From: the human T2T-CHM13v2.0 reference genome, Homo sapiens
Length of the DNA: 64,000 nt
NCBI RefSeq assembly: GCF_009914755.1
Contig: NC_060930.1
Strand: one strand, 5' to 3'
The notes under the pieces are model-generated. The model had not been told where the DNA came from. It did not search any database and saw nothing but the letters and a program-made list of their open reading frames with translations. A program made the translations under genes and the position numbers. Shown here piece after piece: positions 50,484 to 64,000 of this stretch. Numbering within the stretch: position 1 is the first letter of the stretch; every line of letters begins with the position of its first letter.

Positions 50484-53400
50484 ACAATGAAATCACATGG
50501 ACACAGGAAGGGGAATATCACACTCTGGGGACTGCTGTGGGGTGGGGGGAGGGGGGAGGGATAGCACTGGGAGATATACCTAATGCTAGATGACGAGTTA
50601 GTGGGTGCAGCGCACCAGCACGGCACATGTATACATATGTAACTAACCTGCACAATGTGCACATGTACCCTAAAACTTAAAGTATAATAAAAAAAAAATC
50701 TTTCAACAAATTAATAGTTAAAAACTTCCCAAGTCTAACAAGAGATTTATATATCCAAATATAGGAAGCTCAGAGATTCCTAAACAGATACAACCTAAAA
50801 ATGTCTTCTCCAAGGGGCGTTATAGTCAAACTGTCAAAAGTCAAAGAAATAATTCTAAAAACAGCAAGAGAAAAGCATCTAGTCACATACAAGGTAACTC
50901 CCATCAGAGTAATAATGGATTTCTCAGAAAAAACTTTACAAGCCAGGAGAGAATTAAATGATATATTCAAAGTGCTGGGTGGGGGAAATCCTGCCAGACA
51001 AGAAAACTACATTCAGCAAAGTTATTCTACATAAATAAATAAAAAATATAGTATTTCCCAGAAAAGCAAAACTGAGGATACTGATCACCACTAGACCAGT
51101 CCTACAAGAAATGCTTAAGGGAGTCCTACACCTGGAAGCAGAAGAAAAATATCTGCCATCATGAAAATGCACAAAAGTATAAAACTCACTGATAGAGCAA
51201 ATATGCAAATGAGGAACAACAAGACACAAATGTCACCACTACAAGAAACGGAAAACCACCAAACAGTAATAATAAACAATAAGAAAGAAAAGAAGAAAGG
51301 ATATATGAAACAACCAGAAAACAATTAACAAAATGACATGAATAAGTCCTCATGTACCAATAATAACCTTGAATATAAACCAATTAAATTTTTCAATTAA
51401 AAGATATAGACAGGCTGAATAAATTTCTTTTTAATGATCCAGCTATATGCTGCCTACAGGAAATTTATTTTGCCCAAAGTCACATATAGACTGAAGTAAA
51501 GGCATGGAAAGATTCCACACAAGTAAAGATCAAAAAAGAGCAAGAGTAGTGATATTTATATCAGATAAAACAGACTTTAAGTAAAAAACAGTAGGTCATT
51601 ATATAGGAATAAAGGGATCACTTCAGCAGGAGGATATAACTATTCTAAATATATATGCACCCAATACTGGAACACCTAGATATTTAAAGTAAATATTACT
51701 AGATCTAAAGAGAGTGATGGGCTCCAATACATAATAATAGCTGGGGGCTTCAGCATCCCCTTCTCATGATTAGACAGATCATCTAGACAAAAAAAAAAAA
51801 ATCAACAAATAACCTTATATTTAAACTGCACTTTAAACCAAATGGACCTAATAGACATTTACAGAACATTTCATCCAAGAGCTACAAAACACACATTCCT
51901 ATTGTCACCACATGGAACATTCTCCAAAATAGACCATATGTTAGGAAACAAAAGTCTCAGCAAATTTATAAAAATTGAAATCATATCAAGTATCTTCTCA
52001 GTCTGCAATGGAATAAAACCAGAGTAACAAGAGGAACTTTGAAAGCTATACAAATACATGAAAATTAAACAACAAGCTCCAACCATTGGGTCAATGGAGG
52101 AATAACCAAAGAAAAAAATTTCTTGAAACAAATAAAAATGGAAACACAACACACCGAAACATATGGGATACAGCAAAAGCAGTGCTAAGAAGGAAGTGTA
52201 TAGCAATAAATGCCTACATCAAAGAAGTAGAAAGATTTCAAATAAACAATGTAATAATGCACCTCTAGGAAATAGAAAAGCAAGAACAAACCAAGCCATA
52301 AATTAGAAGAAAGCAATAATACAAATCAGAGCCCAGCTAAATAAAATAGAGACTATAAAAACAAGACAAAGGATCAACAAAATAAAAAGTTAGTTTTTTG
52401 AATAGGTAAAAATGGATAGGGGTTGCAAAAAAGAAAAAAAATTGATAAACCACTAGCTAAACTAACCAAGCAAAAAAAGAGAAATGAGACAGATAAAAAT
52501 TAGAAACAAAAAGTGTACATTACAACAGATACCACAGAAATACAAAAGATTATCGGAGGCTACCATGAACAACTGAACAACTACGCTCTAACAAACTGGA
52601 AAACCTAGAGGAAACGGATACATTTTTGGACAAATACAACCTACCAAGATTAAATCAGGAAGAAACAAAATACCTGCACAGACCAATAATGAGTAAGAGA
52701 TTGAATCAGAAATAAAAAGTCTCCCAAGAAAGGAAAGCCCAGGATCAGATGGCCTTACCGCCAAATTCTACCAAACTTATAAAGGAGAACTAATACCAAT
52801 TCTCCTACACTATTCCAAAAAAAAAAAAAAAAAAATTGAGAAGGAAGGATTCTCCCTAACTCATTCTATAAGGCCAACATTACCCTGATACCAAAACCAG
52901 ACAAGGACCCAACAAAAAAATGAAAACTACAGGCCAATGTCCTTGATGAATTGAGGCACAAAAATTATCAACAAAATACTATCCAACTGAATCCAACAGT
53001 ACATACACATACACAATGAAGTAGGATTTATCTTAAGGATATGAGGACGGTTCAACATACACAAATCTATAAATGTGATACATCACATCAACACAATGAA
53101 GGACAAAAATTATATGATAATATCAACAGATGCTGAAAAAGCATTTGATAAAGTTTAACATTCCTTCATGATGAAGGCTCTCAACAAACTACGCATAGAG
53201 GGACCATACCTCAACATAATAAAGGTCATATATGACAAACACAGAGCTAACATATTGAATGAGAAAAAGCTGAAAACATTTCCCTTAAGAAGTGGAACAA
53301 GACAAGGATATCCACTCTCACCACTCCTATTCAACATAATATAGAGGTCCTAGCCAGAGCAATAAGGCAAGAGAACAAAATAAAAGGCATTTTCTTTTAT

Positions 53401-54184
53401 TTCCAAATTGGAAAAGAGGAAGTCAAATTGTCATTCTTTCCTGATGATATGAACTTAGATTTAGAAAAACCTAAAGACCCCAGCAAAAACCCTGAGATCT
53501 GACCAACAAACTCAATGAAGTTTTAGGATACTAAATCAACATTAAAAAATCAATAGCATCTCTATACACCAATATTGAACTATATGAAAAAAATTAAAGA
53601 GGCAATCCTATTTACAATAGCTACAAAAAATAAAATACCTAGGAATAGATTTAACCAAGGAGGTAAAACACCTCTACAAGGAAAACTATAAAATACTGAT
53701 GTCAACAATTAAAGAGGACACAAACATATGGAAAATCATCTTATGCTTATGGATCAGAATAATAATATTGTTAAAATGACCATACTACCTATGCAATCTA
53801 CAGATTCAAAGCAATCCCTATTTAAATACCAATGACATTCTTCACAATCCTAAAATTAGCCTACATAACCAAAGCAATCCTGAGCAAAAAAATAGAAAGC
53901 TGGAGGTATCACATTAACAGACTTCAAAATATATTACAAGGCTATAGTAACCAAAACAGCATGAAAATCATATAAAAACAGACATGTAGACCAATGGAAC
54001 TGACTAGAGAATCCAGAAACACATCCATCTATTTACAATGTCTAGTTTTCAAAAAAGAGGTCAAGGGCATACACTGGGGAAAGGACATCTCTTCAATAAA
54101 TGATGCTGGAAAAATTGAATTTCCATATGCAGAAGAACAAAACTGGACTCCTATCTCTCACTATATAAAAAAATCAACTTCACA

Positions 54185-54448
54185 TGAATTTTAAATCAAT
54201 CTATTGAGATCATCATATTTTTGTCCTTTATTGTGTTCATGTGATGTATCATGTTTGTTGATTTGTGTATATTGAACCATCCTTACATCCCTAGGATAAA
54301 TCCCACTTGATCATGTATGTGTATGTGCTGCTGGATTCAATTTGCTAGTATTTTGTTCAGGATTTTTTGTGCCTATCTTCATCAGGGATATTGGCCTGTT
54401 GTTTTCTTTCTTTCCTTTTTTTTTTTTTTTTTTTGGATGGGACCTTGT
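54185..54448 (-). repeat. Inverted copy of 52901-53157 of the same L1MA
   Basis: The reverse complement shares the private acatacacataca and ggcacaaaaa with the forward segment. Confidence 0.8.
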
Positions 54449-54585
54449 AAATTCTTACTTCAATGTAAGATTTGAAACTATAAAACTATTAGAAGATAAC
54501 AGGGGAAACACTTCAAGACATTAGTCTAGGTGATGACTTTATGGCTAAAACCTCCCTCAAAACCACAGGGAACAAAAACAAAAAC

Positions 54586-54792
54586 AGACAATTGAGACTA
54601 TATTAAACTAAAAAGCTTCTGTGCAGCAAAGGAAACAGCAGAGTAAAGAGACAACTTGTTGAATGAGAGAAAATATTTGCAAACTATATGTAGACAATTG
54701 AGACTATATTAAACTAAAGAGCTTCTGCATAGCAAAGGAAACAGCAGAGTGAAGAGACAACCTGTTGAATGAGAGAAAATACTTGCAAACTA
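54586..54792. repeat. Tandem duplication with a 106-bp period
   Basis: agacaattgagactatattaaactaaa... starts at both 54586 and 54692. Confidence 0.95.
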
Positions 54793-57670
54793 GTTATATG
54801 ACAAAGGGCTAATATCTAGAATATACAAGGAACTCAAATAACACAACAGTAGAAAAACAACCCCATTAAAAAGCTGGCAAAGGACATGAAGAGACATTTC
54901 TCAAAAAAAGACCTACAAATGGTCAACAAATACGTGAAAAAATGCTCAATATCATTAATCATCAGAGAAATGCAAATCAAAACCACAATGAGATATCATC
55001 TTAATACGGTTAGAATGGCTAATATCAAAAAGACAAAAAAAAAACTGTACTGGGGAGGATGAGGAGAAAAAGAAATCTTATACACTGTTGGTGAGAATGT
55101 AAATTAGTCCAGCCATTATGGAAAACAGTATGGAGAATGGAGATTTATCAGAAAACTAAAAATAGAATTACCATATGATCCAGCAATCCCACTAATGAGT
55201 ATTTATCCAAAGGACAGAAAAATTAGAATATCAAAGGGATAATGCTCCCACATGTTTATTTCAGCACTACTCATATAGCAATGATATGAAATCAACCTAA
55301 GTGCCCATCAACAGATGAATGAATAAAGAAATGTGACATATATACACAATGAAATACTTTTCAGTCATAAAAAAGGAATGAAATCCTGTCATTTGCAGTA
55401 ATGTGGATGGGACTGGAAGTCATTATGTTGAGTGAAATAAGCCAGGCACAGAAAGACAGATATCACATGTTCTCACACATATATATGAAGAAGCTAAAAA
55501 AAACTGATCTCATGGAAGTAGAGAGTAGAATGATAGTTACCAAAACCTGGGAAGGGTTGCTAGAGTGGGTGGGAGGGATGAAGAGAGGTTGGTTAATGTG
55601 TGCCAAATACAGTTAGATAAAAGGAATACATTCTAGTGTTCACAGATAACTATAGTCACAGAAGCGTGACTATAGTTGACAACAATGTAGTGTATATTTC
55701 AAAACAGGTAGAAGAGAGCTCTTGAAATGTTCCCAACACATAGTAATGATAAATGCTTGAGGTGATAGATACCCTGAATACCCTGACTTAATCGTTACAC
55801 ATTCTGTGCATGTAACAAAATATCACATGTACCCCACTAATACTAGGTATTCATAAAAAAAAGAAATAAAGGAACACTATTGTGTTGAGAGCCAGACATT
55901 CTTGAAGTGACATGTAAAAGTCACTTGGCAAAGGAAAGCATTATTAACAATTAGATGCAAAAGTTTGGAGCTGTGATAAAGAGTGGTTTTCTACAATTTC
56001 TCACTTTGAGTTTCATAGAGTCTGGCAGCAGTCTTTAGAAAGAAGGCATAATATCACATTCACTTGTAATTTACTGTTGAAAACAGGCTGTGTGAAAATG
56101 ATTCTCATCAGTGGCTACTGAAACCCCAGGACAGCCACTCTAGTGATAAGATGGACATCACACCCCTGAGGCCCATCACCTTCCATTTCAGAGTTACAGA
56201 AGAGCTAGCAACAAGGATTGTCACCTTGAGGTCTGAGTACTCAGGAATGTTTGTGGAGTGAATTATTCTGAGTGAATGAATAAATGAGGCGCTCAGAAAA
56301 GAAACTCAAGTGGAACTATCCTCCACTTTGATTTTGTTGTTTACTTCCTGCTCAGGCCTCAGTGTAACTATGAAAAAAACATTTTCTTAATGGCTTATTA
56401 GACATTAGTACCTAGTCAAAGTCAAGCTTGTTTGAAAATAGACTTTGTTTTCCATTTTCAAATTCTAATTAGCTTCATATTAAATAACTGATTTTTATTC
56501 ATAGACTACAGAAGTCAGACTATCACATTCTAAATTAGAATTAAGATTTCCCCAAGGAGACGATTCAGAATAGAATGTGATGTGGTGCATGCTTTCCTTC
56601 CTTCCCCTTCTCCCTTGTAAGTGTAATCTTTTTAGAGGAATTTACTGTTAATCCTATAATGATGCCTGAAGGAAAATCAGTGAGGATAGAGTAGGTCTGA
56701 TTGTTCTAACCATAAATACTATCAGTTAGAGCTAGAAATAACTTTGGGAAACCATCACCACCAAAACTATGGTTAAACTAAAAATAACACAATACAATTT
56801 GAAGTGGGTGAATGACTGTGGTTCAGACAACAGTTTTCTCTTTATTGCAGGTTTATAGGCAGAGGTCACTACAGAGTCAACCATCGTGGTTTCTGACAAG
56901 CCTTTTCCAGCTCTGCAGTCCAGAGATCCTGAACACGATCATCTTCTCTATGTAATTTCCCATTCCCTTAAAATTCCCTTGGATTCACTTTGCGGAGGGC
57001 AGAGAGGTGTGCTTGATATGGTGTTTTCTTCATCTGAGGCCAAAAGATGGAGCATCAGGGTAGAAGGAGAAATTCTTAGAGGAAGCAGGAAAGAGGAGTC
57101 CGAGTTGACCACTGGATGTTTTTTTCTCCTAATAATGGTGCCCAAACTTCTTTTTCACCAAGGCTGAATGGCCATCCGCAAAATCTCCAACCTAAGAGAC
57201 GGTTTCATCTACTTCCAGGCAAAACTGACAATGTGAAAATACCGGAGTCACTGAGCAAATTCACTCCAGCCTGTGCTGACTGAGACTTACATCTTACAAT
57301 TAAGCAGTGTTTTGTCCTGCCTTACAAATCAGTAGTTTCCTTATTGCTTAACATAAATACATCTTATCAAAAGGAAAAACAAAATCTTCATAAAATAATA
57401 AAACTATATAATGCTACTTGATACTGCTCTATCACAATTTGAGAATATCAAACATGAATTGAGTAATCATCATTTATGGGAAAGGAGAAGTGATTTGAAA
57501 TAGTGATATTGCCTGGCCCTTCAATTTATAAAGTCACAATTTAAGAAGAAATGGCGAAATACAGAAGGAAATTGAGTTACAGACTAACCCAGGAGGCTGA
57601 CAAGTAAAATCCAGAGGGTTCTGGGTTCTGTGCTGCTTCCATGTCCTCAAGGGAGCACATCACTCTCACT

Positions 57671-57995
57671 GTAGTAGACACTACTATACAGTACCCATTC
57701 TCCCCTTCTTTCTTACTTTAGGGGAAGCAGTTGTGTTCAGGTTAAACACACACCACCACCACCATTTTCTGGCTTTACTTGTAACTCCAGATGTCCATGT
57801 GACACAGTTGCGATTTAAGATGTAAGCGGTGTGTGATAGGGTGGGTTCCTGGAAAACGTTGTTTAAAGGGAGTAAATGTGGCCAGCCCGTGCCTCTTTCC
57901 CTTCATCCTTTTCCTCCTTTCCTGAAGACACCGTGTTGGGAAATAGAGGAGCCATCTTACAATCATGAGGAAGAGTAGCTGAACTAAGGGTGTCA
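57671..57995 (+). mobile_element. MaLR LTR (MLT1I/J-like)
   Basis: tgtagtagacact..., ccatgtgacacagtt, gagccatcttacaatcatgagg. Confidence 0.65.
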
Positions 57996-58317
57996 GGGCA
58001 AAAGAAAAAAGCCCTGTGTGTTTCAGCAGGTGTCATTCTGATCATTTGAGCCCAACACAGTCTCTAATTGACACACTCATCTCTGTAAATGAGGAACCTC
58101 CTGGAAACTGACCAGAGTCACACACGATATGTAAAAGAGCCATGATTCAAGTCCACGTCTATTTTCCAGGCGCCCATTCTTTTTCTTCTTTGTCCCTACT
58201 GTTTGCCTCTGCTTCCTCAGTTGAGACCTAGAACTTATGGTGTTTTCTAGTAGCTCACAACTCCTGGTAAAAGTTCCTGAAAATGATTCATTTCACAATA
58301 CTAAATGACAGACTTAC

Positions 58318-58410
58318 CTCCTGTTTGATCTTGTCATGCCAAAGTGAGTTCAAAGGTATTCTTTGAACTAGTCCTCATTGAAACATTGAAGGAAATTCAG
58401 AGCAAGCTTC
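58318..58410 (-). other. Candidate 93-nt non-coding exon, probably L2-derived
   Basis: Branch TACTAAT, then gccctgttctttAG|GAAGC...CAGGAG|GTAAGT; stops in all three frames. Confidence 0.45.
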
Positions 58411-61274
58411 CTAAAGAACAGGGCATTAGTACTGGGCTGTGAAGGTTTCAGGGATTTCGACCACTGAGGTCATAGAAGGAAAGGCATTTCAAGCAAAGAG
58501 GACACTTTGAGTGAAAGCATAAAGAAGGTCAACCCCAGTTTGGCAGGAGCAAAGGATACGTAAAGAGCTATACTCACTTTTTTAAAGTTTTTATGCACTA
58601 AATATTTCCAAAAATGATTCTGGAGGTGACATACAGTAAACAATGGAAATTCAATAAAACCGCAAAACCAAAATAAAAATGGGAATTATTTATAGTGCTG
58701 AATAATAAACCTGGTAGAAGATACTAGTACCAGACAACCTAAACTAAGGAAATCTTCAGCAGCTGAGTGCAAAACTGAATTTAACTTTCCGGCAGCAAAA
58801 GCAAAAAAACAAGAATGTAATGTGTTGTATTGTAGCATCAATAAATGGCAGAAACAGTTTTCCAAGAATTGAAAGCACTTACTGAGTATCAATTACACTG
58901 TAGGTTATTTTTAATCTATGTGCAGAACTGCAAGCCTGGGAATTTTGTTCAATGCAGTGAGGCTAAATAGACAGGAAAGGTTGAAAACTACTGTACTAGG
59001 AGATGGAGGTACAAAGAGGAATAAGACACAGAACCTGCCTTCTAGAAATTTCTAATCCTAGATGAGGGAGATGAAGAAATGAAGGCTTATTGGGTACAAA
59101 CTATGTAATGGGCATTTTTAATCTCATTAAGTCTTAGTAAATCCTCAACACATCGCCTCAAGAGTAGCTGTTATTTATTAATTGTCCCACTGGCAGATAG
59201 GAAAACTAAGTTGTTGAGAGGTAGAGTGCATGGCCAATGGCACAAAGCTAGTAAGAGATGGAATCAAAAATTAATCTCAGAACCATTTGATGCCTTAAAT
59301 CACATGCTCTTGACCCAGAAGTTTCTAAGTGTAAGAATAGCAAATGAATCTTTTTCTTTTCAGGTGGGGGTACACACTCTTGTCCTAGTGTCTTCTCCCA
59401 AGTCCCTTTCCATGCGGGGCGATCCCCAGAGACCCCAGCTTGTGCAATTTAGATCCACAGGGCCAAATGATGTCTCTCTCCAAATTTAGATTTTCCTGGC
59501 TCTGATTGCTGAGGTTATCCCATGCAGAACATCACAGTCAGAGGATTATAGATAACACTATAATGGGTTCCTCTTCAGCATCACTGTAATCATCAGTGTA
59601 GATTCCTTCTTTACATGGTCATTCTTCCACTGACACGCCTAAAAGCCAAGGACGCACTGCTAAATTGTAAAGCTTTGAAAGCACTTATTTGGAGATCTCA
59701 GGTTATGTAAGGTTTAGATAGTCTGGTGCAAACTGGAGGAAAGTTAGGCATATAATTAGCATGTTCAAGAATCTGTATTAATTTTTCATTGAATACGTAT
59801 GTTTTCAGGATATGGAAAGTGAAAGTGTTGATATTAGAATCACTAAGAATAAGCTGAAGGTATCCTAGAGCTGATTTAAAGTAGTTCCAAGCTAAAGATT
59901 CTAGGCTTGTAGGAAGGAAGGCTGACATTTAGGAGTAAAAATCAGAGAATCTGATTTGTTTTCTAGCTATATCACAGGTTTGCATGATTGAGCATGACTC
60001 AAGTGGTTTTCCAAATGTCTGAGTTATAATACATGAATAAGATGAACTGGGCCTGGAGATTTTGAGGCTAGGAGTTACACATTATGTCCCTCCATCATCA
60101 AAGACTCCTGGAATACAGTGTGGTTTTAGATTAATTCGTGTATTCCCAGGCTCTACTCTGATCCTGGGTCTTCATATAAGAAGGAATCATAACACAGGTC
60201 CCTTATTTTTAAAATCCTTTTGGGGATTCACATAGCCCTAGACAGGAATTGGGAGGATTTTTTGTTTGTTTGTTTTTTGGGGTTTTTTTTCCAGTTTTTT
60301 TTAATTGGGAGTTTTAAAAACCTGCACAAAGGGAACAAGGCATTCTTCTTAGTCTCATTCTGATAGAAGAAGAGTCAAGTATTAATCAAGTATGATCAGA
60401 AGTTCAGCTGCACAAACCAAAATAAAGAATCACAAATCCTTGACTAGTATCGGATTCAAGCTTGTGGCACAGAGTCCAGGAGAGTAGGCTCTGGAAACCC
60501 CCACCTATTTGCTGCTCATGAAGGGCAGCCAAATACCCAGGGATTGTGTTTGTCAGAAACCATGGTCTTGAGTTCTGAGATCTCCTGGTGGTTTAGCTTA
60601 TAGATCTCCTGAATTACTAAGACTGTTCATTTTCTATCTGGGGACTCTCAGTCTTTTTATACATTAAGTATCTCTATTAGGAGAAATGACCTGGTACGAT
60701 GGTATATTAGGAGGAAGGTTTCACCTGAGACAGAGAGACTATGTAGGCAGCTATTGCAAGGGTTCAAAGGAAAATAATAAGGAACCGAATTAGGGTTGGG
60801 AAATAAAAACAAGGATGAGAAAGAGATAAAATAGAGTTATCAGTGGGTTTGGCATAAGAAAGGAGCTTGGTGGAGAGAAATTCTTAAGAAATCACAGGAC
60901 TCATAATACCTATACCAATTGTGGAAAATTGTTAAAATTCAACAGAATAAAAGACTTTATGGACAAATATAGTTGTACTATTATTTTAAGCAGAAATTTA
61001 TAAATAACTGAAATTTCCAATGACAGGGAAATAGGTAAGTCAACTATAGTGAGAATGAAGTAGAACATTTAATGATCCTATTATACGCCTGAAGTCAGGA
61101 AAAAGTAGAACCTGAAGTCCAAAGTCCTCCTGAGTTCACTTGACTGTCTTAACCTGTCTATTGTTGAAGCCAAGGTTGTGGGTCAGGTAGGGTGTTCAGG
61201 AATCTGGGAGGGATGTGAGTGTGCAGCATGAACTGAAAGGCTGGTCCAGACACTCCAACCCAACACATTGCTCC

Positions 61275-61395
61275 AGGAAGGCCCGCCATAGAGAGAGAGG
61301 CGGGACCTAAGGACGTCAGAGCAATCGAGCTCAGGGAGAAAGAAAAAGGCAGAAGTTAAGGGGTTTTCAGGGAGAGATTGCGGCCTCACCTATGA
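61275..61395. promoter_or_regulatory. Promoter- or enhancer-like motif cluster
   Basis: Inverted GC boxes cccgcc (61282-61287) and ggcggg (61299-61304), CRE-like gacgtca (61312-61318), caggaag; five retained CpGs in CpG-poor surroundings. Confidence 0.35.
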
Positions 61396-62189
61396 GTGGA
61401 GAGGGGGAAATTAGAAGTTCATAACTAATATGAACAGTCATTTCTTGACCTAAGAAATGGAATAGGGAACTCACTATGCAACCATATGCTTTTCTCATAC
61501 GTCTCCCACAAAATGCATTTCCAGTGGCCACATGATACCAGCAGAGCTGTGGGAGAGGCACAGTGCTGAAAGGAGCGTAATTCCATCTCAAAGTTGTGCC
61601 AACCCCAGGGGCTCTGTTTTCCATGGCACTGAAAGTCAAGTATTAACCAGGACCCAGATAAGCTGAAGCCCTTTATGTAACCATACTTTTTTATAGTGTA
61701 GTCCAGATAACAAGCACGTATGAAGAATGCATTTGGCAACAAAGTAAGAACTTCTAGTGTGGTGCTATGTATGCCAAAAGTGTTGTGGTATAATCTTTGT
61801 GTGAGTATTGTACCTTCAGGCTTTAAAACTCTTAAGGGATCCACATTTGCCTGCTACAGGAAGGAGGATGTGGAGAGTTATGCAATCATTCACTGTAATA
61901 TAAGAGGCCCCACGGTGCACAGGAAAGAGTCCTGAGTTTGAAGTCAGACCAGGGTAACTTTACTAGCTGTATGACCTCAGAAACATCATTCAAAATGACA
62001 CTTTCCTTCTATATAAAATGAGGCTAATAGTGCTTCTAGCATCTTTCAGAATTATTTTAACAACTGTGAAATATTAAAAATAAAAATATTAAAATCTCTA
62101 TAAAAGTATCTATAAAGAACTACATAAAATAATATTAAAATAATGTACTAAAGCCTGTTTCGGCCTATTACAGAGACTCCTAAACATTA

Positions 62190-63070
62190 CAGATAGGTTC
62201 TAGGGTTACATACCACTTATTCCCAAACCTAAAAATCTAGCCAACTTCTTTTCTAAGTTCAAAGCCTTATCTAAATATTTCACAAGAGTCACACTGAAAA
62301 TGCCATAAACTCACCTCAAAGTCAATCCCTCCTCCTGTTTTCTCTTTCTTAATGAATCATATAACCATCCGCCCAAGGTCACAAATCAGAAACTTGAAAG
62401 TTGTTCTGCTTCCCTCTCCTGTTTACTCCTAAATTCTATTGATGCAAATACCATTTGTACCTGTCTCTATCATCAGGCCTTAGTTGATTTCTTGCTTCTT
62501 ACCTCTGTTTATCCTTCCGCTAGTCTCTTACCCTTGCTGTTGCAATTGATAGCTTTCTAAAGTTTAAGTCCAAATATGACGCTCTCCTAAAATTCTTTCA
62601 TGGCTTGCCGTGGTTCTCAGTACAACCCCAATCCCTTTCACAAAGCTCACTAAGCCCTTTGTGATGGTCCCTGTACTCCTCCCAAGGGTCTCATTTACTT
62701 ATCTCTCCTCTGCTCCAAAATCCAGATGCACTGATCTGCAGTTCCCTGAATGTGCCGTCTCTCCATGTGAATGTACTGTTAATTCTGTTCCTGGAATACT
62801 GTTCTTATTTAGCTTACTCTTACAAGTCTTTAAGGTTCAGTTTAAATACCATCTCTTCCAGCAAACCACCGCACACCACTCCAGTACACACACACATACA
62901 CATACACATGTAGTCCTGGCACCTCCATAGCCATAGTCTCCATAACATTTCTCGTATTGCAATTTTTGTTTCTTCTCTGTCTGTTTTCTTTACCAGATGA
63001 ACTCCTTAAGGGCAAGTACTGAGACTTTCATAGTTTTCTCTCCAACAACTTATTCTGTGCCTGGCATAAA
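62190..63070 (+). mobile_element. L2 relic with (CA)n at about 62887-62908, preceded by a MIR (about 61900-62110)
   Basis: gatctgcagttccctgaatgtgcc, ttcagtttaaataccatctcttcc, tgaactccttaagggcaag...gtgcctggcata. Confidence 0.75.
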
Positions 63071-64000
63071 AATGGGTAACCCTGACCAGATGTTAAGCAT
63101 TGAAGGGATCCATCCAAAGAGAATCTTCTTTTGGACCCCTGCTCAGACAGGCGAAGGGTCTCTTTAACTAGGCATGAACTTAAGAATGGCCAGCAGATGG
63201 ATACAAAGAGTTCAACGATTTAATCATAGGGCCTCTCTTATACCTATGACATTTTAAAGGAAAGCATCTGGCTATCCTTCAGATTCACAACTGAAAAGCA
63301 GCCACAGCAAGCAGGGGAAGGTCTTTGATATTAGACTAATAACCAAAAGAGAAGTTAATGGGAGAGTTTGTTCTCATGGCCTTGAGCACAGCTAGCCCTT
63401 CAAGTAGAAGTAGGTGAAAAGTCCAAAGGAGTCAGAAGGGCCAAAGAGAGACCCAACTCTTGTAGGATCAGGCTTTTAATCCCTTAACTTAGCACAGGGG
63501 AAAAACCTCCCAGCTCTGCAAGCTAACAAAATACTCTTGCTCTTGAGGGTAACACAATACTCTTTCCCTTATGCTGGGGGAGAGAAAGAGGAAGAGAAGC
63601 ATTGAACATTTCCTTAGAAATCTACTCCTTGCTTAAGAAATTATGGAAACCTACTTCCTGAAAAACAATTCCAGTCTTCATTAAAATCATGATGAAAATA
63701 GTACTGATATCTTGATACACGCAGGCACTACATAGAAATCCCAGGAGATGTGCTCTGTCCACATTAGATCTTGCTGTCTAAGGAGCCATCCCTACCCCAC
63801 AAGTTGTTCTCTGCCCACCCTTTGATGGAGACACATACATGCAATCTACCACTCCTGTGAGTATCATGGTATCCAACACAGCACAAACATTATTCAGAAA
63901 GCCAATGCCCATTCTCCCATCTATGTTAGCAGAATGAATAGATAGCTTGTTTAGATGGAGCAAGAAATAGGCAGTGAGGGACATTTGCTCAATTTTTTTT

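Larger units (their letters stand above)
50705..55870 (+). mobile_element. Old L1 (L1MA4-like) from mid-ORF1 to poly(A), degenerate
   Basis: ORF1 remnant SPRGVIVKLSKVKEIILK; ORF2 remnants [11 protein letters not shown]; 3'UTR ggatgaagagaggttggttaatg...aaatatcacatgtacccca. Confidence 0.92.

Overview
Primate (most likely human or great-ape) genomic DNA, AT-rich and dominated by interspersed repeats: about 17 Alu/FLAM copies, about 11 LINE-1 pieces including one full-length L1PA2-type element at 44689-50694, L2/MIR relics, MaLR/ERVL LTRs and hAT/Tigger MER fossils. I recognise no host protein-coding gene, and the long ORFs in the track derive from L1 or Alu. I cannot support a wholly new biological system. 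The best leads are: (1) a chain of minus-strand candidate exons, supported by a roughly 10:1 plus-strand bias of L1s, suggesting a spliced minus-strand lncRNA or 5'UTR; (2) the full-length L1's antisense promoter and ORF0 point at those exons, and ORF0 has lost its stop and has in-frame splice partners; (3) a perfect zero-spacer p53/p63 site at 1161-1180; (4) shared private variants between two neighbouring L1s of different subfamilies, suggesting gene conversion; (5) several template-switch, duplication and target-reuse scars. Subfamily names and consensus states are recalled by eye and need RepeatMasker/Dfam confirmation. Boundaries of old repeats are approximate.
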